Shown: piece after piece, positions 20,911 to 33,257 of the stretch
How the letters are laid out: every line of letters starts with the position of its first letter
Numbering within the stretch: the stretch's first letter is position 1
Assembly: GCF_001194135.2 (NCBI RefSeq)
Contig: NC_068992.1
Location: 25,928,688-25,964,829, forward strand
Source of the DNA: Octopus bimaculoides
Lineage: Eukaryota
Length of the DNA stretch: 36,142 nt
Direction of reading: 5' to 3'
The notes under the pieces: generated by a model
Seen by the model: the letters and a program-made list of their open reading frames with translations, nothing else
Databases searched by the model: none
Told to the model about the DNA's origin: nothing
Translations under genes and position numbers: made by a program

Positions 20911-21097
20911 TTCTCCGGTCCGACCCCGGAACTATACAGTCGCTACATAGATGACTGTATAGGAGCCATCTCCCTCTCCCGCGAACATCTCTGCCTTTTC
21001 ATCTCCTTCCTCTCTAACTTCCACCCTGCTCTTGACTTTACTTCTACCATCTCTGACACCTCTGTCAACTTCCTCGACATCTCTCTTTCCATAAAAC

Positions 21098-21099
<2 letters not shown>
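20911..21099 (+). mobile_element. Penelope-like element reverse transcriptase fragment (Neptune-like), 63 codons without a stop
   Basis: FSGPTPELYSRYIDDCIGAISLSREHLCLFISFLSNFHPALDFTSTISDTSVNFLDISLSIKP contains the catalytic YIDD (20944-20955) and the PLE-typical FHP.L.FT..IS..S..FLD. Bounded by (TATC)n plus a 10-N gap and by (CA)n. Confidence 0.92.
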
Positions 21100-21130
<31 letters not shown>

Positions 21131-21518
21131 AACACACATGCACATATACACACATGCACACATACACATATACACACATGCACACACGCACACACACCTC
21201 TCACATACACAATACTCACTCATAGACATAACACACACGCACGCACAAAAAATATACACACACACGCACACGGAAACACACATACAGACACGCATAAACA
21301 CACACACACCCGTATCTAACACTCACAATCCCACACACACACGCACATCCACACACATACACACACACACTTCTCACCAACACTACACACTCACACAGAC
21401 ACGCATACAATTACACACACATGGGCATAAACAACACACGCATATACAATGGCAAACGCACGCACACACACGTACACAGCAACGCACATACACACAACAT
21501 ACACATACACACAAACAC
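21100..21518. repeat. Degenerate (CA)n microsatellite
   Basis: Directly visible; runs into an N gap. Confidence 0.95.
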
Positions 21519-22337
21519 NNNNNNNNNNNNNNNNNNNNNNNNNNNNNNNNNNNNNNNNNNNNNNNNNNNNNNNNNNNNNNNNNNNNNNNNNNNNNNNNNN
21601 NNNNNNNNNNNNNNNNNNNNNNNNNNNNNNNNNNNNNNNNNNNNNNNNNNNNNNNNNNNNNNNNNNNNNNNNNNNNNNNNNNNNNNNNNNNNNNNNNNNN
21701 NNNNNNNNNNNNNNNNNNNNNNNNNNNNNNNNNNNNNNNNNNNNNNNNNNNNNNNNNNNNNNNNNNNNNNNNNNNNNNNNNNNNNNNNNNNNNNNNNNNN
21801 NNNNNNNNNNNNNNNNNNNNNNNNNNNNNNNNNNNNNNNNNNNNNNNNNNNNNNNNNNNNNNNNNNNNNNNNNNNNNNNNNNNNNNNNNNNNNNNNNNNN
21901 NNNNNNNNNNNNNNNNNNNNNNNNNNNNNNNNNNNNNNNNNNNNNNNNNNNNNNNNNNNNNNNNNNNNNNNNNNNNNNNNNNNNNNNNNNNNNNNNNNNN
22001 NNNNNNNNNNNNNNNNNNNNNNNNNNNNNNNNNNNNNNNNNNNNNNNNNNNNNNNNNNNNNNNNNNNNNNNNNNNNNNNNNNNNNNNNNNNNNNNNNNNN
22101 NNNNNNNNNNNNNNNNNNNNNNNNNNNNNNNNNNNNNNNNNNNNNNNNNNNNNNNNNNNNNNNNNNNNNNNNNNNNNNNNNNNNNNNNNNNNNNNNNNNN
22201 NNNNNNNNNNNNNNNNNNNNNNNNNNNNNNNNNNNNNNNNNNNNNNNNNNNNNNNNNNNNNNNNNNNNNNNNNNNNNNNNNNNNNNNNNNNNNNNNNNNN
22301 NNNNNNNNNNNNATATATATATATATACATACATATA

Positions 22338-23121
22338 CACGAGGTGCGATGAGCAAATCGTTGCCATTATGTTTTTATTTCGCACATGTGCACTCTTTGT
22401 TTTTGATTTTGTCAACTACACAGTATAGTAGGTTCAGTTGGGTACCGTCTGTAAGAAAAGTAGCACCAAAACTCTGACGGTAATTTGTAAACGGCATGCA
22501 GTACTGCTTGACATTCGTGCCGGAAGCTCCACTAGGAATATTTGAGAGTGTTTGCGTGTCAACTGAGGATAGCGCAGTGGATTCGGAAAGAATTAGATGA
22601 GTCTATTGGTCATTACTAATGTGTTTGGAGTGATCACAAGTAATGTCAACGTTGTACGTCTATTAATCTTCCTACACCGTCACGCACTCAACATGGAGTC
22701 CTACATCAAGTGCCTGGAGGAGGGAGCTCTGCCATGGGTCAAGAGTTTGGCTGCGGGAAGAACCTGTCTGCCAACAGGACTCTGCACCATCTCAGACAAG
22801 CAGGAGAATCCCAGTCACGCCAGTCAGGCAATTTCTGCGATCGCATCACTCCTAACATCTGGCCACATATCTCCGCAGACTGCATTTACTCACTTAAACA
22901 AGGAGACCCTCCAGAAGAACTGCAGGAAATTCCGAATTTGTCTGGGGTCCGCAGTCGAAGCGAATGGCGATTTTATTGAATAAATTTGCTCTTTTGTAAT
23001 TGAAGATATTATTTGTAAATATATCTGTTATATGTTTTAATAAATATATCTGATAAAATGAGATGTAAGAGTCATTTTCCTTCTTGCGTAATTTAGACAA
23101 CAGTTTAATCACCACACACTG
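22338..23121 (+). mobile_element. Internally deleted Tc1/mariner element (maT/DD37D-like)
   Basis: Flanked by TA at both ends. An N-terminal relic (KRHAVLLDIRAGSS..., WIRKELDES) is joined near 22617 to the catalytic domain VFGVITS...LNMESYIKCLEEGALPWVKSLAAGR, QQDSAP and NFCDRITPNIWPHISADC (cf. WPPNSPDCNP). Ends ...ACACACTG|TA. Confidence 0.88.
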
Positions 23122-23144
23122 TATATATGTATATATACATCTAT

Positions 23145-23191
<47 letters not shown>

Positions 23192-23241
23192 NNNNNNNNN
23201 NNNNNNNNNTATATAGTAACATTTAGAGAATTAACATTGCT

Positions 23242-23280
<39 letters not shown>

Positions 23281-23335
23281 GTTTGTGTGTGTGTGTGTAT
23301 GTGTGTGTGTCTGTGTGTGTGCGTGTGTGTGTGCA

Positions 23336-23750
23336 GGCGCAGGCGTGGCTGCATGGTAAGAAACTTGGTTCCCGATCACATGCTTCTGGGTTCTTAGTCG
23401 CAATGCGTAGCAACTTGGGAAGGTGTCTTCTACTACAGCCTCGGGCCGACCACAGCCTTGTGAGTAAATTTGGTAGACAGAAACTGAAAGAAGCTCGTCG
23501 TGTATATACATGTATATATATTGATGGGTGTGTATTTGTATCTATATTTGACCCACGCCCCTATTTTCACTTGACAAGCGATATTGGTGTGTTTATGCCC
23601 CCGTTTGTGTTTATAGTTCGGCAAAGAAGACCGATAGAACAAGTATCATACTTACCAAGAATAAATCCTGGGCTTGATTTATTTGAATACATGCGATGCT
23701 CCAGTATGGTCGCAGTCAAATGACTGAAACGTGTAAAAGAGTAAAAGAAT
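23336..23750 (+). mobile_element. tRNA-derived SINE, family A
   Basis: GGCGCAGGCGTGGCTGCATGGTAAG head, GTGTCTTCTACTACAGCCTCGGGCCGACC core, CAAATGACTGAAACGTGTAAAAGAGTAAAAGAAT tail. A partial tail duplicate lies at ~23898-23940. Confidence 0.9.
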
Positions 23751-23814
23751 ATATATACATATAGACAGACAGGCAGACAGATAGATAGACAGACAGACAG
23801 ACATACAGACAGAC

Positions 23815-23847
<33 letters not shown>

Positions 23848-23848
23848 C
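23751..23848. repeat. (AGAC)n/(AGAT)n microsatellite
   Basis: Directly visible. Confidence 0.95.
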
Positions 23849-24474
23849 ATGTATGACTCGAACATATACTCATGTACATATAATATATTTTTGTATAGGC
23901 TGTGCTCCAGTATGTCCGCTGCCAAATGACTGAAAGAATACTTTTATTCGGTATGCTCTATTGAGGAAGAGCAAAGGCCCCAACACTGCTTCTGGAAGTC
24001 CGATAAATACTAACCTGCGGAAAGATATGACGTCTTTACACCATGTACCATAAGAGACTACTTTTTCACCACGGTGACTGTAGAGAATTTGTAGTTAGAA
24101 GATAAAATGTGTCACAAACATATTCAAATTAAACGAATTTTTTTTTACATATATATATATAGATATATCTGTGCGTGTGCTTATATATACATATATACGT
24201 GTGTTTGTGTGTGTTTAGGTAGAGGTGTATCAATACACGTCTAATGAAGTTCAGTATATGACTGGTCCTCGAGAGTTACGTAAAATGACGCGTTATACTG
24301 ACAATTATAGTGCATTAGCGCACACACATACGCACATTTTTTTGTGTTTATGATTTTGTATTAGCTTACAAAAGTACTTTGGGCGATCGACTTTATGTTC
24401 GGCAGCATTACTCAGGCGACCAAGAGACTATCATATGTGTGTGTGGTCAAATACTTGCGAGTGCATGCACGTGT

Positions 24475-24506
<32 letters not shown>

Positions 24507-24514
24507 ATACACCG

Positions 24515-24556
<42 letters not shown>

Positions 24557-25544
24557 GCATCCATACACACACACACACATATATATATATATTTCTATAG
24601 TTATACACACACATATATATATATACACAGATACAAAATTATATGTTTATGTGGTGCGTATAAACATTTTCTATAAATTTATGGGATTGGAGAAACACCT
24701 GCGTATATTTGAAGACGTTTATGTCAAAAAATACAAAGAAATACTTTTTCCCGTTAAAAAAAAAAAAAGAAGCATATTTGCCAACTCTGCTATCATACGT
24801 GTATCACACCTTGTTTTATTGTTGAAAATAATCTGTTTCTATGGCAGAAAAGGAGTAAAAATGTCAAAAATAAAAAGAGAAGTGAAAGGGGAAAATATAC
24901 AAAGATGCCATTATTTTATACAGAAAAATTTGACAAGAATAAATGAAGAGAAAAGGATAGAATAAAAGTTTGAAAGAAAATGGAGTAGAAAAGTAAAGGC
25001 AAAAAAAGTCAAGCATGATAATTGAGAGCATTAAATGTAAGATTGTAAAACAAGGAAATGTGAAAAAAAAAAAAATGGAAAAGTACCTGGAAAAGAAAGA
25101 AAGAGAGAAATTTAAATGGAAAGGAAATATAATGGCGACGATGAAAATATGCAAATCTATGAAGATAGAGAGATGAGTGAAACAAATAAAGATAGAAAAA
25201 GAGACAGGAAATATTTAAGTAACAGAGACTAAAAGAGAACATGAAAACAAGATAGATTACTAATATAAAAAATGGAAGGGATTGAAATAAATATTAAAAA
25301 GAATATGTAAGAATGAATAATGAAAAAAATAAGGAAGAAACTAAAATGAATGAGATTTCAGAACGAATGAAATGACAAAGACAGGGAACTAAATGACGTG
25401 TGTAATAAAATAGGGAGAAAAATATAAAATACATTGTGTATAGAATAACATTATTGAATGTGAAGGTATAAAAATACATTGTGAAAGAGAAAGATAGAAA
25501 AAAGAAAAAGATACGTAAGAATCAGTTCTTGTGCCTCGCAACTT

Positions 25545-25917
25545 AATGTTTCCCCCTACATTCCACACCAACCGACACACACCACTTCTATGCATATGAC
25601 TCCATCATTTAATTCCCTCTAACCTTCCGTACCGAAAAATCATCACATGCAATCTCGATGCTTCAAGCCAATCTGTGCTGACACCATGAACAATAACCTC
25701 GAAAACATCCTCTAGAGAGGTCACGACAACCTTGTATCTATCAATACGTTTTTGACACTAACAGAGAAAACATTATCCCCCCCCACCACCACCTCGAAAT
25801 ACAAAACAGAAAAAAATGCTATCAGCTAGAAACCTCAGGTCTGCAACAAAAAACTTGAACACATTCCCATTCAAGATATTTCAAGTCGAACTTACTTCCA
25901 CAACGTAGGCAAAACTA

Positions 25918-25949
<32 letters not shown>

Positions 25950-26235
25950 CAGAAAAGAAGTATTTTCTTTTCAGGCTTCAAAACATCTTCATCCTATCAT
26001 CTAATTACTCTCCACATAACTCAAGCGATGGCGATCTACTCCTATAATTGGGACGGCGCTTCTGCTACGGAAATAAATATTCTATACCTTATCCAAAGAC
26101 AGACTTAAAGCTATTATCTTCAGGCTGCCTTTAATTCAGTAGCAATAAAAAAATCCTCTGAGTTATCTGCTCTTTTGTGAGACCCACTGAAACACCCACG
26201 GGTCACTCAAACCTACAGCCCCCTACAATGTGACT
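25545..26235 (+). pseudogene. Decayed Penelope-like element: RT C-terminal region plus GIY-YIG endonuclease relics
   Basis: Collinear relics: LHSTPTDTHH (cf. KPTD.H.YL), IPSNLPYRKI (cf. IP.SQFLRLRRI), L*RGH (cf. RGYP), GRR near 26050 (cf. YIGETGRRL), GSLKP..YN (cf. GTLQP.G.N). Frameshifted and interrupted by a poly-A run. Confidence 0.5.
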
Positions 26236-27113
26236 ACGCCACAGTCACCGTACAAACGACCATCCCATCGAGTTCTTCCATCTCCCAATGTCGGTCCACT
26301 GATTTTCCCTGCCTACGTATATATCCACCAACACCACCGCCCATATTTCTCACTTTTAAACTGTTCAAAAGAAATATTAATCATGACGACCACTTCGGTC
26401 TCGGAGTGCCTGTGTATAATGTGTTCACATTTCCTACCTCATACCAAACCAGTGAAAAATATGGAAAAGGAAAAAAAATGAAAAAAAAAAGAAAAAAAAC
26501 AGAGAAAAACCAAACAAATAATGAAGGAAAGAAAATGAGAAAAAAAAGAATAAAATTAAGAATTGCAGAATGGTCGAAAGCATGAAAAAGATATAGAAAG
26601 ATGAAAATGTACAGAAAAAATATCAAAGAAGTACAAGACTATTGATAAAGTGAGCTAAAAAATTTGTAAATGGGGTATAAATGCATGAATTAAGAAATAG
26701 ACTGTATGAAGGAATAAATGATGAAGCAAGGAAGGACATATTGAAAGGCAGAAGAAGATGGAATACGAGAATTCTGAATAGAAAGAAGGGAAAAGAATAA
26801 GAAGAAGACAGGAAAAAAAACATGCATAAGATCAAGTGCCAGATTATTGATAGAAAGGTAAGAAAAATAAGAGCAAAAGGAATTATGGAGTAAAAGAATA
26901 TTGAATAGAAAGAATGAAAAAATACGCGAAAGGAAAAATAAAAAACGATAAAAAGATGCAATTATATGAATACTAAATCAAAGAAAAAAATGCCGAGAGT
27001 AGACTCCCTATGGAAGAAGGAAAAGACGAAATATCGAAAGTCAAAGAAAAGCAATAAACTCTGGAGCGCCATTTTCATGCAAATAAAATGTTCTCCGTTG
27101 ATGGTTCAGTGAA

Positions 27114-27168
27114 GTGTGCAAGGAGGGACGGAGTGATGTGTGTAAGGAGGGACGACGGAGTGATGTGT
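27114..27168 (+). repeat. Short tandem duplication (24/27 bp)
   Basis: GTGTGCAAGGAGGGACGGAGTGAT followed by GTGTGTAAGGAGGGACGACGGAGTGAT. Confidence 0.85.
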
Positions 27169-27304
27169 TGTTGCAAGTTGGTCTGCTTCAAACAATAGGG
27201 ACTGACGTTAAAGAACCGACTAATCAAAGGCTACCGCAACTGATGCAGCATTCACAGCAACCGATGATGTTACCTTCATTTTCTATTAATTATACCAATA
27301 GAGC

Positions 27305-27520
27305 AAAGGCGGTGGATTGGTAGAAACGCGATTGTAAACAGTCCATGAAGAAGCCATGTTTAGTAATATCAGTTAACATTCAGAGTTCAAATTCCACTAC
27401 GGTAAATGTTGGTTGTCGTCTTCTGGAAAGAAAAAAAGCAACTACCAGTCAGATACCAGTTCCTATAATCGACCGTTCTTTCCTTCAAATCATGTATAGC
27501 CTTTAGCCATTTTAGAAATC
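27305..27520 (+). mobile_element. Very decayed SINE family B
   Basis: AAGGCGGTGGATTGGTAGAAAC...CATTCAGAGTTCAAATTCC. Confidence 0.55.
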
Positions 27521-30079
27521 AATAATTATCCAAGCTGTGCAGTTAACATGAAAGAACAATAATAGTGTGTTTGTAATATTCATTTTTGTCCACCTACATT
27601 CTGAGCTCATGTGCTACTACGGTCGGTGGAAATAACAGGGGTAGAGAGGAGGAAGGGATGAGAGAGAGGAGAGGGAGAGGAGATAGAGGACTGAGAGAGG
27701 AGAGAAAAAGAGAGACATTAAAGGAAAGAAAGACAGAAACAAAACGATCAAACAGCAAATAGAAGTAGGGAGTAAAAAGAAAAGAAACTAAAAGGATCAA
27801 AGAGGTTATGAAAAATATATTTAGAATAGTTAAAAGAATGAACTGAAAAATACTAGAAAGAGTTTTATTGAAGAAACTAATTGATAAAATATGTCCTATT
27901 CATGTCACAGTGAGAAAACAATTATCTCAATACGTATAGAATAGTCGTGCAATCTTTGAAATATACAGGGCAGCTGGTGTATTACATAATACACTACAAT
28001 ACAGTCAAAATAACAAGATAATGTTTTTATTTATAAAATTATGTCGCTTGAGGGGTCTTAAAGTGGCAGAAATGATACTGTCACGAAAAAAAAATAGAGG
28101 ATCAGGCTCATTATTATTTTAGCAGCATTACATTCTGGGTTCTGATCCTGTCATGCTCAATGTTGTTTTTGCCTATTACATAGTGATTTCGTATAAGATA
28201 ATACAGGAGAAATGAACTGCTATTATAATTCTGTAAACAGCGAAACATCTTCCACGATCTTAACTGCACCATTAGCCTCTTTATCAAAAAGAAAGGCACC
28301 ACCTCTGTCCCTTACCACGCTACTAAAAATAAAAGAAAAACTTGGAGGAGGGCATGGGATCTTCACGAAATGGCAGCACCTGTGTCCTGAAAATATCTGA
28401 CTAGCATTTTGAAATAAGAGCAACAATCCTGAAAAATAAATAAATTAATTAATGAATTAGAAGATTAGGCATTTTTTAAAGCCTGGCTCGGCGCTGCTTA
28501 TTTAGATTCATACAATGCTGGCACACGAAGAGCTAGTAGCATCTATGCATGACATTCGTATTTAATATCACTACGCATCCAAAGTATTTGGAGCGATATT
28601 GATTTTGTTTTTCCCTATAGATTCCTAGAATAATTTTCCAATGGAGAGACAGTATTGGCATACTTAATTGTTAATACATTATAGATAATATTGTTAAATC
28701 AAATAAATAGAAAAACGACCGACTATATTGTACATGTAAATCATGACTTTTTTGTTCAATGATCGGATTATCCTACTAAACCGTTGACATCGTTACAAAT
28801 CTTCACCATGGTGTGTGAATGGTGAATAGATATCCTGATATAATACGAAAAAGACGTTTTAAATAAGACGGATAACCTGGACAAGTTTTCACCAGCCTTT
28901 CATCAGACCTTCTAATAGTATTTTAATAGTATTCATCAGACTTGTTAAGTATTTTGAATCGAGCATGAATGATTTTTGGTAATTCAAACTCCGATTGTCT
29001 TTTTGGGTATACACGTCGTGGTGGATCTCTTATTCTGTGAGCTACACATGAAATAAGCATCAGAAGCACTCGAGGTGCGGAGACTCTGCCTTACCACCAA
29101 CAATGGCAATTTCATGGAAATAATCAATGACCTGCTATATCTGAAGTAAACTGTGGCAACGATTTCATGATCTGTCTCCTTATAAATGGTGCTGCTCTTG
29201 CTGCCTACATTGGATTTGTGTCATTCTGTGTTGTTTTGTATACCGACATCGTATGGTTCCAGAAAGTAATCATAAAAGTAAGAGAGAGAAAATTCTAAAA
29301 TTCTTGACAATGAATAATTCTATATTCGCTGTATATTCAAGTAATCATCATCATATTTTTCATCGTTACTATAATTATAATTAACATTCTTATCAACTGG
29401 CCTTGTGCATTATCTGTCTACGTTTCTAACATCATTGGTTATCAATATCAATGAAAAAGTCGACGATTACATTCAATTAGCGAAATAAAATATAAATATA
29501 TTATTGGTACACATCATATTGACGCCAGAATGCTAAAATACAAAATCACTCCCAGCGGAATTTTACACAGAGTATTGACCATTAAACATGTCAATGTAAT
29601 GAAAGAAGTTTCTCTGACATATTATACTTTAGCCTAATTTATTTCTTGTAGCGATAAATATTAGTTACAAAGTAATGAATATGGTCAGGAAAACTACCAG
29701 CTGGTACCAGATGTAATAACACAGCTATATGTTTCTACTGGGCTATATAATTCGATACTCAGTCTTTGTTTAACGATCTAATCTCGAAGACATTTTGGTG
29801 TTGCTCAAACTGTTAGAAAGAATAACCAAAACCAAATCAAATTTCATCAGATCTCGTTAACATAAAGTTATATTGTTTTGGATAAGGATTACTTGATCCA
29901 CTATTTATAGAATATATGCATACGCGTAGACATGTATATTTAACTTTAGTCATTAACACTTACGTATCGTATCTTTACTGCTCTCGATTTGTGTTTGGCT
30001 GGAGAAGCTGATCCTGAGATCATATCTATGTGTGCCCGTTGATTTATTGGATCTACCTCCGCTCATTTCTATATGCTCA

Positions 30080-31060
30080 CTGTTCTGTTACAGTACCTGC
30101 CAACATATATCTTCTCTGGGTTTCAAAGTTGCGAATTGTCCCCTGTTTCACACAAGTAACGCTACCCCTGTATTCTGTACGGATATCGATCACTTTTCTC
30201 CCTCACATTTGTTTTGTCCATCATACAGACATCCTGAATTGCAAATGTGGGCAGCTAAAATCTCCTCCAGTTATGAGTGGAACATGGGACCCTTTGGAAT
30301 GCAGCTATCCTCCATGTGATGGCTGTGACTAAAATAGCGCAGTCTTCATTGCCTGTGAAACGTTTATATGCAGGGAATAATGGTGTGAAGGAGGCTGCAT
30401 TGGTTATCGCCATCACAAGGAGATGGTCAGTGTACAGTAGTTACTTCTCAATGGAAAATATTCAGATCGCTCTGTCTTCAACATTACACTGCCATACAGC
30501 GGCACTGACTTATGCTACAGCCATTATAGACTGCCATATTTGACTTAATCTTGGAATTAAACTTTCTGAAATTTGAAAGTATTTTCGCGATCTTATGAAA
30601 TTCTGTGCCAAAAGAGTTTGTCATTGATGGCAGAACCTATGTACTCAAGCTAATGAACAACTACGTGTTTGCTGTTTTCGACGGAGATGAGCAGTATTGC
30701 ATGCGTGCGCTTTTCCAGAATTCCCATTTTCTTCAGATTCACAGGCAGCCACAATCCTTGCAAGTAGGAGATTAAGGATTCTTCGGCGTAAGCATGCGTG
30801 CTGTAGTATGTATTTCAACAGCTGTAGTATGTATTTCAACAGCAGATTCCTACGGAGTTTTTCATGTGTTCCTCTTTTGACAGGACATAGTGAAGTGTCA
30901 ACTCACGATCTAGTGCGCATGCACCCTATGTTGCGTCTCCTAACGCATATTTAGGCAGCACGGAACAGAGGTTCCGTATAATACCGAAAGTAGACACGAC
31001 ATTCTCAGATGCTGCTTCGATGTTGAAGTACTCAGAGATGCTAATGTAGAACTTCTTTGT
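30080..31060 (-). pseudogene. Decayed RTE-clade (BovB-like) LINE, RT core to C-terminus
   Basis: Collinear motifs on the minus strand: FGI...LPKYA; RTRS*; RRNLL; LPVNLKK; LEYIGSAI; HRIS*; SVPLYGS; RLRYFSH..HMEDSCIPK (cf. RLRWLGHV.RMEDGRIPK); PHLQF-DVC (cf. P.LRFKDVC). A 21-bp tandem duplication at 30800-30841 overlaps the FADD relic. Confidence 0.85.
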
Positions 31061-31724
31061 CTCATTCATGTTATTTATGTTATAGTGGAAAGTATATATC
31101 ATTGTCGTCGCAGATATTTCATTAATATTATTTTCTCGTTTAGCGTATATTCTGCATTACTCTCCTATCATAATCAGCTCATCTCCTTGTAATCAACATC
31201 TTCCTAACCATCACTATAAACAACATCATCAACTTTTCCTCCCTTACCATCACCACCACCACCAGCAACATAATCCTTATCTACTCCATCATTAATATGA
31301 TTACATTGTTCCTCATCATTCTCAGCTTTATCACCAACGTTTCCACTTCTATCAACACTAACAATTCCTTTTATCATCTCCATATTCATCAAAGGCAGCC
31401 GCAACTATGCTTCTATCTCGAAAGTATATCCTATAAGCTGTGTATAGGAACATAATATACTGGGATGGTTTCCTCTCACAACTCAATCGTATTACTTCTT
31501 CTTCTCTCTTTACGCTTGCCATTTCATTCTCGAATAATATTCTGATATTTTCAGGGAAGTAAAACCATTTGCGATGTTCCTCGGCTGATTTAACTACTTC
31601 TATGTAATGAAGCTAAACCATTTGGGAGTAGATTTATTGTCACAAAAAGGGTTCGATAAGTACTTACAGCTGCAACGTTATTCTTATGTCCTTCAACAGC
31701 ATAAACCTATGCAGCATGCATGCT

Positions 31725-31802
<78 letters not shown>

Positions 31803-31945
31803 GTGAGTGCGTGTGTGTGTTGTGTATGTGCGTGTGTGTATGACTATATATATATATATATACACACACATACATATATACATATACATATGAATATATA
31901 TATGCATGTATGTATGTATACACACGCATATATATGCATACACAA

Positions 31946-31980
<35 letters not shown>

Positions 31981-32040
31981 CATATATACACTTATACACG
32001 TACGTGCATACACACACACATACATATGCATACACACATC
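31725..32040. repeat. Compound (TA)n/(TG)n/(CA)n microsatellites
   Basis: Directly visible. Confidence 0.95.
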
Positions 32041-32399
32041 TATAAGTACATGCATACAGCATAATATACAAATAATCATATCCTCAGATATTTACCTCTG
32101 TCGTTTCTCAGGCATCTGCCCGTTCATCTATAGCTCTTGCTTCCTTATCGTCTGTTAAACCAGTCAGCCATTCATCATTGTATCTGTCTCTCTTTGCTTA
32201 TTTAACCATCCGTTGTTTGTTCTGTCCAAATGGCTTGCCTTTTTTTTTTCTCTCTCTCTCTCTCTCTTTGCTGTTTTTCTTTTAATTTTTCTCTTTTTCT
32301 TAGTTGGCTCTACCTTTCTCCACCTTGTTTCTTTTCTCTTTCTTTTATCTCCATCATTGTGTATGCCGTTTTCTTTAACTTTCTTTCCTACTCTCGACG

Positions 32400-32432
32400 C
32401 CATTATCATCATCATCATCATCATCGTCGTCG

Positions 32433-32488
<56 letters not shown>

Positions 32489-32516
32489 ACCATTGTTATT
32501 CTTGATATTATCATCG

Positions 32517-32550
<34 letters not shown>

Positions 32551-32563
32551 TATTATTATTATA

Positions 32564-32620
<57 letters not shown>

Positions 32621-32650
32621 TATTTATTTATTCATCTATTTATTTTTATT

Positions 32651-32715
<65 letters not shown>
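32400..32715. repeat. (CAT)n/(ATT)n/(AGT)n microsatellites
   Basis: Directly visible. Confidence 0.95.
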
Positions 32716-33179
32716 TTTTCGCAGCAAAGTCTCTCGGATCTTTAGCACAACGTATTCCATTGAACCAACCCTTTTCAATGTCTTCCAAACACGTTCACGA
32801 ACGCTGACATTATGCTAAATAATAAGCGCTATCATCACCACTACCACCTGCGCAATCACCCCGAGGGACCCTTCCGTCACAAACACCACCTACACGATCA
32901 TCATCAATATCACCATCACCACTATCATCACCAGCATCAACAACATCACCACCACTTCTACCACCACTACCATCTCATGTAAGTGTCTCATGACTACCAT
33001 CATTGCTTCATTTCCACCCTATGACCATTGTTAGCGCCATCTGCAACAGCACTGTCTCCAGCATCGGCAGCAGTAGCAGAAGCATGAACTCCACCCTCAC
33101 CACCAGAAATAAGTATTGTCCGTCCTTCGAACAATAACATTACTATCGCAATATCACCAGCAACCCCACAACAGCTATA

Positions 33180-33183
33180 CTGA

Positions 33184-33257
<74 letters not shown>

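Noticed and set aside
1279-22477. Long ORFs spanning N runs (1279-2115, 8305-9232, 21138-22477) and His/Thr, Val/Cys or Ile/Tyr ORFs
   Set aside because: These are artefacts of gaps and dinucleotide microsatellites.
26378-26410. ATGACGACCACTTCGGTC as a hammerhead relic downstream of the decayed PLE
   Set aside because: Neither CUGANGA nor GAAA is intact, so it is too degenerate to call.
27067-27075. CGCCATTTT YY1-type motif
   Set aside because: It is a lone 9-mer with no CpG-rich promoter context or adjacent exon.
28310-28340. Possible 4- or 7-nt microexon (polypyrimidine-TAG-TAGCGTG-GTAAGG, minus strand)
   Set aside because: There is no identified host gene or other support, and such a pattern is expected by chance in T-rich DNA.
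30254-30277. LITGGDFSCP resembling the GDFN motif of a LINE AP endonuclease
   Set aside because: The surrounding motifs align collinearly to the RTE C-terminus (GRP.LRFKDVC region), which explains the sequence better.
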